Positions 1-7,835 of a stretch of 32,980 nucleotides of DNA are shown here, in pieces (within the stretch, counting starts at the first letter, position 1; each line of letters starts with the position of its first letter). The stretch is taken from the NCBI GenBank assembly GCA_964475805.1, contig CAYZAH010000001.1:1-32980 (forward strand), in the 5' to 3' direction. The stretch comes from an uncultured Pirellulales bacterium (GTDB taxonomy: Bacteria; Planctomycetota; Phycisphaerae; Sedimentisphaerales; Anaerobacaceae). The notes beneath the pieces are model-generated. The model saw only the letters and a program-made list of their open reading frames with translations, did no database searches and was not told the origin of the DNA. The translations under genes were made by a program, and so were the position numbers.

Positions 1-3000
1 ACACCATCGAGGTAAACCCGCAGAATTACACCAGCGCCAGAGCATTTTTCGCGGCGAACAACATGAACGTGCGGGCTCTCAATGGCCTTTCGGTGCCGCG
101 GTCCATGCTGCCCGACCCAGATGAGATAGCCCGGAGAACCATCACAGACGTGGATTACGACGGCATATTCGTGGACCACAACCAAGAGAACCGAGTACAG
201 TTCTATTACGACGAGACCGATTTCCCACTGGTTGAGGACGACTTGCTCTACAAATGCCTCGAACGATTCGACTTCAGGCCTGATTTCGTGCTTCTCGACA
301 GTGCCGGGCACATGGGGAGTATCGAATTTGATTATCTCATAGACCATCTACAAGCCGAATGCTATATCGCGCTGGATGACATCTATCATGTCAAGCACCA
401 TTGCAGTTTTCAGCGAATACAGAGTGATCCGCGATTCGAAGTCTTCACGGCCTCAAAGGAAAAGTTCGGATTCTGCATCGCTCGCTTCATGCCTGCCCGG
501 AATGTTTGCGAGCAATCTGTGAAACATTTCCTCTGGGTGCGGACGGATTCCATCGGTGATGCGGTACTGGCCTCTTCCATGCTGGCGTTCGTTCGCGAGA
601 GATACGGCCATCCGAAGATAACCGTTGTGTGCCGCAGTCATATTGCCGAGTTGTATGAGAACTGCCCATATGTAGACGCCGTAGTGACGTTCGATGAAAA
701 GCAACTTCTGAACAACTCAGCGTATGCCTCTGAAATATTCGAAAGCGTACGAAATCTGAGAGTGGATTGCACGCTGAACTCGGTCTATTCGCGAGACGTT
801 ATTTGTGACCTTATGGTCGGGGCCAGCGGAGCCGGATTGCGCATCGGTATGCATGGCAACCTTTGCAACATTTCCGAGGAGTTACGGGCACAACACGATC
901 AATGGTACACGCACCTTCTATCTAGCGCGGGAGAACGCAAATCCGAACTGGAACGCCACGTTGACTTTCTGCATGGCATAGGATGCGAGGTCGATGAATT
1001 GACGCCGAAAATCTGGTTGACAGTGGAGGATGAAGCATTTGCCGACGATTGGTTTGAGCGGCACGGCTTCCATCCGCAACAGACTGTTGCTTTGTTTGCC
1101 GGAGTGCAAAGCCCCGAACGGATATACACACATTACGGCAAGGCAATTGCCGAGATATGCAGGGAGAATGGTTTTTCCGTGGTCGCCCTTGGGGCTGGCA
1201 ACGACCGAGAACTGAATCGGCATAATCTGAAGGACATCGAGAATGCGGGCGTGAGAGCCTGTGATTCATCTGGCAAACTCACACTGCGCCAGTCTGCTGC
1301 GATCATCAAACGCTGTCACTTGGCCGTCGGCGCTGAGACCGGATTGGCACATATTGCCGCCGCCGTGGGGACAGAACACGTCATTGTAATTGGGGGCGGC
1401 CAATTCGGACGTTTTATGCCCTATTCTCCACTGACATCGCTCGTATGTCTGCCGTTGGTCTGCTACGGGTGCGGCTGGAAGTGTGCATACCGAGAATCCC
1501 AGGTTTATTGCGTCGCATCCATACCGCCGGATGTCATCGAATACGCCGTTCGAGAAACCTTGCGAACACCATCAAGCAAGCCACGCTTGTTTGTTCAGGA
1601 TCGCTCGCTGTGGGATCCGCAGCAAGGAACACCTCAGTGGGAACCGTTTGACCGAATGCTTAATGTTGAGAACGTCGAGATCATTCCGGTCAGCTGGCCC
1701 ACCAAAAACAACACATCCACCGAACAAACGACTTCCTCCGTGGACGTTAGTATTATCGTCGCGACGAAGAACCGCGCTCATCTGCTCGATGATATGCTCA
1801 CCAGTGTTAAGGAAGCGGCTACGGGTGTAGCCTGTGAAGTAATCGCTATCGAAGGAGGCTCTTCCGACCACACCCGGCAGATTCTGGAAAAGCACGGAAT
1901 CACCCAGGTTTATGACGAGTCGGAATGTCTCGGACCGGGCGAGCACTCGTGGGCACAGTTGTATAACTTCGGGTTCTCAAAGGCACGCGGCCGGTGGGCG
2001 ATGTATGCCAGCGATGACATTGTTTTCGAGAAAGGATGCATCGCAAAGGCGGTCGACATTTTGCGGGATCAGAAATCTCCGTCTGTTGCAGGAGGTGTTT
2101 TCTTCTATCGAGAAATAATCCCTGAATATCCCGGCTGGGAAAAACAAGGGATTTGTTTTGCTCTCGGGCACAAACTGTTGATGAACTTCGGACTCATCCA
2201 ACTCGACGTGTTCAAAAAGCTGGGCGGATTCGACGAGACTTACTTGTTCCGCGGCGCCGATATCGATCTTTCCTTCAAGATTTACAAAAACGGGCAACAA
2301 CTTATCCCCTTGTCCGGCTGTTTATTGATACACAATAACGTACAGGACGAACTGAAAAAGAAGGGCCTCCAAACAGCTCAGAGGGACCACCAATGTCTCC
2401 TGCGAAAGTGGAAGGATTTCGTGCCTCCCAGACTGGATCCGCCCAAGCGTCTATTCTGGGAACCACAATACGCAACGGCATTCACGATGCCAAGTGAACT
2501 GGAAGACGTGAACGTCGGCACTGAGCACTTCTGGCACGGCCTTGCATGTCTGCAAATCGGCCAGCACCACGAGGCGGTAAAATGGTTTTCACAAGCCCTA
2601 AACATTTCCTGCAAACACTGGACGGTGTTTTGGCTTGTGGCCGAAGCGCTATATCACATTGGATACAACGAGCAAGCACGAAAGACAGCAGATTTTGTTC
2701 TCAGGATCAATCCCGGCTGTGTTGAGATACAACCCCTGTTGAATCGCCTGAAAAGTCGCATACAACCCATCGTCGGCACTGACCGGAATGCCGGGAGCGG
2801 CCCCGTGATCCATGTGCCTCGCTCACACTTCGTCATTGAAGTCAAATATGGTGGGATTGGCGATCACCTGTTCTACAGCCATTTGCCTCGCATCGCAAAA
2901 CAGAGCGGCCAATATGACCGTGTTTATATATCTAACCACTCCAAATTCAGAAGCCCGGAGTATCGCGAACTGGTTTGGGAGCGCAATCCCTACGTCGATG

Positions 3001-3542
3001 GCTTCTGCGACGAAAACGCAGATTATCCAGTGTTTGATTCCGTCGAGGAAGGCACGAACATTCTGGATAAGATCATGCTGTTGCGAGGTCTGGATGATGG
3101 AAAGCGGTTTCATGAACCCGAGTTGTACCTAAAATGTCAGCGCAGGACGGACTTGTGCGATGCAGTTGTCTATGATCCTAACTTTGTATCGTATGTCGGA
3201 GACGTTTCCAGAGAGGAGATCGAAAGTTTCCTCCGACACAATCACATTCACGTGACGCATCAGATGAGATTGTGGGAGAAACATTATGCTCTCGATCATT
3301 GCGACACGATACTCCGGACGGATACGTTGGAGGACTTCTGCCAGGTTATTGTGTCATGCAGACAATTGTTATGTTTGTCTTCGGGAACGGCGACTCTCGC
3401 CGCGGCGCTCGGCAAGCCTGCTATCGTCTTCTGCGGAAACGGCCAGAAAAAGATGTTCCACCATTCGCATTTGCATAGATACGTAAACTGTTCCACCAAA
3501 ATCAGCTCTGCCAAACGCATTGAGAACGTGTTGCAGGTATAA
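1..3542 (+). CDS. Multidomain glycan-modifying polyprotein, probably 5'-partial: class I SAM methyltransferase-like segment + GT9 (heptosyltransferase-like) + GT2 + TPR-like + second GT9-like/GxGD module
   Basis: The frame is open from nt 3 to the window edge (TIEVNPQNYTSARAFFAANN precedes the first ATG at 63), so the real start is likely upstream. Approximate modules from the translation: MTase-like nt 3-500 (FDFRPDFVLLDSAGH, IALDDIYHVKHH); GT9 nt 525-1560 (FLWVRTDSIGDAVLASSMLAFVRERYGHPKITVV, AVGAETGLAHIAAAVG); GT2 nt 1740-2340 (VSIIVATKNRAHLL, YASDD); TPR-like nt 2520-2730; second GxGD module nt 2820-3539 (IEVKYGGIGDHLFYSHL, SSGTATLAAALGKPAIVF). Confidence 0.8.
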   Translation, partial: TIEVNPQNYTSARAFFAANNMNVRALNGLSVPRSMLPDPDEIARRTITDVDYDGIFVDHNQENRVQFYYDETDFPLVEDDLLYKCLERFDFRPDFVLLDSAGHMGSIEFDYLIDHLQAECYIALDDIYHVKHHCSFQRIQSDPRFEVFTASKEKFGFCIARFMPARNVCEQSVKHFLWVRTDSIGDAVLASSMLAFVRERYGHPKITVVCRSHIAELYENCPYVDAVVTFDEKQLLNNSAYASEIFESVRNLRVDCTLNSVYSRDVICDLMVGASGAGLRIGMHGNLCNISEELRAQHDQWYTHLLSSAGERKSELERHVDFLHGIGCEVDELTPKIWLTVEDEAFADDWFERHGFHPQQTVALFAGVQSPERIYTHYGKAIAEICRENGFSVVALGAGNDRELNRHNLKDIENAGVRACDSSGKLTLRQSAAIIKRCHLAVGAETGLAHIAAAVGTEHVIVIGGGQFGRFMPYSPLTSLVCLPLVCYGCGWKCAYRESQVYCVASIPPDVIEYAVRETLRTPSSKPRLFVQDRSLWDPQQGTPQWEPFDRMLNVENVEIIPVSWPTKNNTSTEQTTSSVDVSIIVATKNRAHLLDDMLTSVKEAATGVACEVIAIEGGSSDHTRQILEKHGITQVYDESECLGPGEHSWAQLYNFGFSKARGRWAMYASDDIVFEKGCIAKAVDILRDQKSPSVAGGVFFYREIIPEYPGWEKQGICFALGHKLLMNFGLIQLDVFKKLGGFDETYLFRGADIDLSFKIYKNGQQLIPLSGCLLIHNNVQDELKKKGLQTAQRDHQCLLRKWKDFVPPRLDPPKRLFWEPQYATAFTMPSELEDVNVGTEHFWHGLACLQIGQHHEAVKWFSQALNISCKHWTVFWLVAEALYHIGYNEQARKTADFVLRINPGCVEIQPLLNRLKSRIQPIVGTDRNAGSGPVIHVPRSHFVIEVKYGGIGDHLFYSHLPRIAKQSGQYDRVYISNHSKFRSPEYRELVWERNPYVDGFCDENADYPVFDSVEEGTNILDKIMLLRGLDDGKRFHEPELYLKCQRRTDLCDAVVYDPNFVSYVGDVSREEIESFLRHNHIHVTHQMRLWEKHYALDHCDTILRTDTLEDFCQVIVSCRQLLCLSSGTATLAAALGKPAIVFCGNGQKKMFHHSHLHRYVNCSTKISSAKRIENVLQV

Positions 3543-3545
3543 GAT

Positions 3546-6500
3546 ATGGTCATAGTGAAACTATACGGCGGTTTGGGCAATCAGCTTTTTCAATACGCGA
3601 TGGCTCGGAGAATCGCAAAAGAGAGTCATTCGCTCCTTAAGCTTGATGTATCAACGGGATTTGAAAACGATTTCTATCGGCGCACGTACAGTCTGAATCA
3701 TTTCAACATCGCCGAACATTTCGCCTCGCCGAAAGATATTGTGGGATTACGGTACATCAAAGAGAAGTACTTCCATTTCGATCCTGACATTCTGGACCTG
3801 CATGACGGCGTCTACCTGGACGGATACTGGCAAAGCGAGAAGTACTTCAAGTCCGTCGAAGACGTCATTCGTGATGAGCTAACCGTAAGAGAACCGCTTC
3901 AAGGCGCCAACCTGAAAATTGCCGAAGAAATAACCCAGACTCATTCGGTATGCGTCCATTTGAGAAGGCTCTACGGCATTTCATGCCGTCAAGTAGACAC
4001 TCAGGGTGTGAATATACACGGCTCGGTCCCACTCGATTACTATTACCGCTCCGTCGAACGGCTCACCCAAACGATCAAAGACCCACACTTTTTTGTCTTC
4101 AGCGATGACCCGGGCTGGACACGGGACAACTTGAAACTGCCCTATCCGACGATGATCGTCGCGAGTAACGGGCCGGGCAAGGATTATGAAGATTTGCGTT
4201 TAATGAGTCTGTGCAAGCATCATATCATCGCCAACAGCACGTTCTCATGGTGGGGAGCGTGGCTGAATTCCGGGAAGGACAAAACGGTTTTTGCTCCCGG
4301 GCAATGGTTCAACGCCGCCGAGCACAACGTCAAAGACCTCATCCCTGAAACGTGGACTAAGATTTCCGCACCGAAGCCCCCTGCTGCCGATCTAAGTAAA
4401 TATGGCCGTTTCATAAGCTATGGATTGTATCAGGAAATTCAGTCGAAGACTGCCGAGACCGAGAGGCACTCGCCAAAGATTTCAGTGATCATCCCGTGTT
4501 ACAACCAGGCTCGTTATCTGCCCGAGGCGGTTGAGTCTCTGGTCCATCAGACCTATACCAACTGGGAGTGCATCATCGTCAATGACGGCAGCACCGACGA
4601 CACGGTAGAAGTAGCTAACCGGTTGATTGCCAGGTATCCCGACAAACAGATTCGATTTATTGACAAACCACACAGCGGCGTATCCGACACTCGCAACGCG
4701 GGGATTGAGGTCGCTACCGGCCAGTGGATACTGCCGCTCGACAGCGACGATATGTTCGAGCCGAGTTTCATGCAGAAGGCGATGGATATCGTCAACCATG
4801 AGTCAAAGGTAGATGTCGTCTTCTCAAATATGCAGGAATTCGGCGCCTCGCATGGACAGTGGATACCGGATGAGTACTCCCGCGAGCAGGTCATGCTGAC
4901 CGATACGATGCCTTACGCAAGCCTGTATCGCAAGGAGCTCTGGCACAAGGTGGGCGGATACGATAAGCCGCTGAGCGTCATAAGGCAACCGGAAGACTGG
5001 AGCTTCTGGATAAGCTGCTCCAAACACAACGTAGTCGTTAAACGAATCCGGGAGAGGCTCTTCCTCTACCGCGTTCACTCCCAGAGCACGTACCTTACAA
5101 AGATCAAACCCAACCGCCGGCTTGCGTGGGCTTTTGTCGCTACCTGTCATCCGGACCTGTATTCGCCTCAAGTACTTGTCGAGGCGTGGCGGTTGATCTC
5201 GGATTGCCCTGATGGTGTTTACGCTCGAATCATCGAAGCGACTGAGAAATGTCCCAACTCCGGCTTATCCTGTTTTTGGCGGGCCTTGGTGGAGAGAAAA
5301 CACTGTCAAAAAGACGAAGCGACAAAGCACTGTCTGGAGGCAGTGGAGAAAGCCAGAAGGAACGATTGGCAAGCCGCCTTTATTTTGATGAACTGGCAAA
5401 AAAATGACGGTGAGTTTGCCTCTTCGGCTGAAAGCCTGCAAAGACTCCTGGAGATCAGGCCTGATTTCGAATGGGCGCGAGATATGTTGCCAGCCGCCGC
5501 TCAAGATAGTACGCACAGTGAACGGTCTATCCCAAGCGGTATGCGAAGAATCCTGTTTTATTTCGATAGAATCGGTAATCTCGATCAAACCAGTCCCGCC
5601 GGCACGGTTATCTCCGTATTCAACCTCGCAAAAATGCTCCAAGCTCATCGGCCTGGCGTGGAGATTCACATAACCGGCAACCTCGTGAGCCGACCCGAGC
5701 AATATGAGTCCCTTAAGATCCTTCCTCTACCCCCAGCCGACAAACGATCAGAGTTCCTTTCGGAATACGACATCGTTTTCTTCGCTACGCACATCCGGTG
5801 GTTCAAAGAAACGCCCAAACGTCCTGGACAAGTGTGGTTCATCCACCAACATTGCTGGGATTTCGACGATGAATCGAGACCTCGTATCGGAGACGTGGAT
5901 GCCGTGATCTGCCTTTCGGAATATCACAAAGCGTTTCTGGAAAGCAGAGGTATCGCCGCAGAGAAACTCGTTATCATCCCCAACCTCATTGACACAAACA
6001 GGTATCGGCCCGGAAACATCCGTCGAGACGAACGCTCGATTATGTTTGCCGGAGGGATTCATCCACACAAGGGAGTGCATCTTTTGTTAGATGCGTTTCA
6101 GTTGGTTCGTCGGCAAATGCCCGATATTACATTGCACCTCTACGGTGATGGAGCCATGTGGCGAGGTGGGGATGATTACGGAAACTACCTCAAGAGCGTA
6201 AAACCGCAGGGCGTCTATTTCCACGGATATATCGACCAAAGCCGGATGCCCGATATTTACTCGAAGCACGGGATATTATGTCTACCCTCCGTACTGGAGA
6301 GTTTCGGCCTCGTGACAGTCGAGGCCCAGGCTTGTGGCTGTGTCCCAATCGTCCACAAGGTCGGAGGTGTAGCAGCTACTTTAGCTGACGGCTCGACCGG
6401 CTTCTTGTACGAGCCGAATACCCCGCAAAAACTGGCCGAGGCAATACTCAAAGCCATGCGAACGGTTGATCTGGATCCGTCTTTTCGCCAACGGGCAATG

Positions 6501-7724
6501 GATTTTGCACGTGACCATTTCAGTATGACAAAAGCGAATCGCTACATTTCTGTGCTTGAGGACAAAATCGACGACATCAGGCGGGCAGGTGATTCAAAAG
6601 CGGCAGTCGGTCAAAATACCCAAAGCCTTCAAGCCGGCTCAAGTGAACCCTTAGTCAGCGTAGTCATGCCTGTTTGTAACGGCGCGTGCTACATTGGACA
6701 GGCCATTGAGAGTGTTCTGACGCAAGACTATTCCAATATCGAGATCGTAGTCATTGACGACGGTTCTACGGACAATACCCGCCAGATCATCTTAGGTTAC
6801 AACGACAGGCGTATCAGATACTTGCATCAGGAAAACAAGGGCGTCGCCAGCGCTCGAAACCTCGGTATCCGCCAGGCCAAAGGACAGTTTATTGTACCCC
6901 TGGATGCCGACGATATGATGACGTCATCTTGCATCTCCAGGCATTTGGCCGAATTCAAGAGACATCCTGAGGTGGATTTAGTCTACTCGGACGTCCTGCT
7001 CATCGACGAAACCAGCCATCCGCTAAGGCTGATGAAGAAACCTGAGTATTTGGACCGCAGACATCTGATCAGAGATCTGTTCCGTGCGGGCCATCCGATA
7101 GTGCCTTTCAGACTTGGGATCAAAAAGAGCGTCTTCGATAGGATCGGCTTCTATGATGAGAGTCTGCTGGTCGGCGAGGACTACGATATGATGAGGCGCT
7201 TCGTCAAAGCCGGACTTATAGCCCGTCACCTGGGCGAGGCTTTACATTTGCGAAGAGTGCAGCCGAACAGTCTCACGAGGATGCACTCAGCCCAGAAAGC
7301 AAAATGCCATTTCGACGTTGTTAAGCGATTCGTTAAGACATTTGCATGTGACGAGTTATTTCCGGACGTAGCGTGGGACGAGATGTCTTACAACAAACGG
7401 CGGGTACACGCAAGATGCCTGGTCGTCGGCACGTATCTCGCTATGGGCCAGGACTTCTCGAATTCGAACTCGCCGCGCATCTATGTCAGGATGGCTTTCG
7501 AAGAGGCTTGCTCACATCTACGGGAATGCCTTGAGATCGATCCCGACAACCTGGCAATCCGACAACTGTTGTACAAGTGTGAACGCGGGAAGCGAAACTA
7601 CGAGGATGGTGCCCAGCCGACGAGTTTACTGCCGGCGCTCGCCACTCCACGACCGGCCGCCGTCGATTCCCGCGAGGCGGTGGTTCCTGAGGATGAGAAA
7701 GTCGGTGTGGGCGTGAACAAATAA
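3546..7724 (+). CDS. Four-GT polyprotein: GT11 (alpha-1,2-fucosyltransferase-like) + GT2 + TPR-like linker + GT4 + GT2 + TPR-like tail
   Basis: The ATG lies 4 nt after the upstream stop. GT11 nt 3546-4370 (KLYGGLGNQLFQYA, VHLRR, IIANSTFSWWGAWL); GT2 nt 4476-5105 (SVIIPCYNQARYL, VNDGSTDDT, LDSDD); TPR-like nt 5250-5480; GT4 nt 5544-6560 (LPSVLESFGLVTVEAQACGCVPIVHKVGG); GT2 nt 6651-7295 (SVVMPVCNG, IDDGSTDNT, LDADD); TPR-like tail nt 7407-7583. Confidence 0.85.
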   Translation: MVIVKLYGGLGNQLFQYAMARRIAKESHSLLKLDVSTGFENDFYRRTYSLNHFNIAEHFASPKDIVGLRYIKEKYFHFDPDILDLHDGVYLDGYWQSEKYFKSVEDVIRDELTVREPLQGANLKIAEEITQTHSVCVHLRRLYGISCRQVDTQGVNIHGSVPLDYYYRSVERLTQTIKDPHFFVFSDDPGWTRDNLKLPYPTMIVASNGPGKDYEDLRLMSLCKHHIIANSTFSWWGAWLNSGKDKTVFAPGQWFNAAEHNVKDLIPETWTKISAPKPPAADLSKYGRFISYGLYQEIQSKTAETERHSPKISVIIPCYNQARYLPEAVESLVHQTYTNWECIIVNDGSTDDTVEVANRLIARYPDKQIRFIDKPHSGVSDTRNAGIEVATGQWILPLDSDDMFEPSFMQKAMDIVNHESKVDVVFSNMQEFGASHGQWIPDEYSREQVMLTDTMPYASLYRKELWHKVGGYDKPLSVIRQPEDWSFWISCSKHNVVVKRIRERLFLYRVHSQSTYLTKIKPNRRLAWAFVATCHPDLYSPQVLVEAWRLISDCPDGVYARIIEATEKCPNSGLSCFWRALVERKHCQKDEATKHCLEAVEKARRNDWQAAFILMNWQKNDGEFASSAESLQRLLEIRPDFEWARDMLPAAAQDSTHSERSIPSGMRRILFYFDRIGNLDQTSPAGTVISVFNLAKMLQAHRPGVEIHITGNLVSRPEQYESLKILPLPPADKRSEFLSEYDIVFFATHIRWFKETPKRPGQVWFIHQHCWDFDDESRPRIGDVDAVICLSEYHKAFLESRGIAAEKLVIIPNLIDTNRYRPGNIRRDERSIMFAGGIHPHKGVHLLLDAFQLVRRQMPDITLHLYGDGAMWRGGDDYGNYLKSVKPQGVYFHGYIDQSRMPDIYSKHGILCLPSVLESFGLVTVEAQACGCVPIVHKVGGVAATLADGSTGFLYEPNTPQKLAEAILKAMRTVDLDPSFRQRAMDFARDHFSMTKANRYISVLEDKIDDIRRAGDSKAAVGQNTQSLQAGSSEPLVSVVMPVCNGACYIGQAIESVLTQDYSNIEIVVIDDGSTDNTRQIILGYNDRRIRYLHQENKGVASARNLGIRQAKGQFIVPLDADDMMTSSCISRHLAEFKRHPEVDLVYSDVLLIDETSHPLRLMKKPEYLDRRHLIRDLFRAGHPIVPFRLGIKKSVFDRIGFYDESLLVGEDYDMMRRFVKAGLIARHLGEALHLRRVQPNSLTRMHSAQKAKCHFDVVKRFVKTFACDELFPDVAWDEMSYNKRRVHARCLVVGTYLAMGQDFSNSNSPRIYVRMAFEEACSHLRECLEIDPDNLAIRQLLYKCERGKRNYEDGAQPTSLLPALATPRPAAVDSREAVVPEDEKVGVGVNK

Positions 7725-7728
7725 AGAG

Positions 7729-7755
7729 TTAAGAAAAACCACCGTCAACCGATAA
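7729..7755 (+). promoter_or_regulatory. Candidate sigma28 (FliA)-type promoter for fliD
   Basis: TTAAGAAA-N11-ACCGATAA compared with the enteric consensus TAAAGTTT-N11-GCCGATAA. The -10 matches 7/8 and the -35 is weak, but it shares TTAAG with the flagellin promoter at 27669. It lies about 80 nt upstream of the fliD ATG. Confidence 0.4.
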
Positions 7756-7835
7756 GAGACTATATAAGGGCGTCCGCCGGTTGCCTGTACAGCCGGCCTG
7801 AAAGTACGCCAGGTTGAATAGAAAGGTAGAAACGG

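Noticed and set aside
63-65. ATG at 63 as the true start of the first giant ORF
   Set aside because: The frame stays open to the window edge, and the upstream codons (TIEVNPQNYTSARAFF) read like the middle of a methyltransferase fold whose SAM-binding N-terminus is missing. I treat the gene as 5'-partial.
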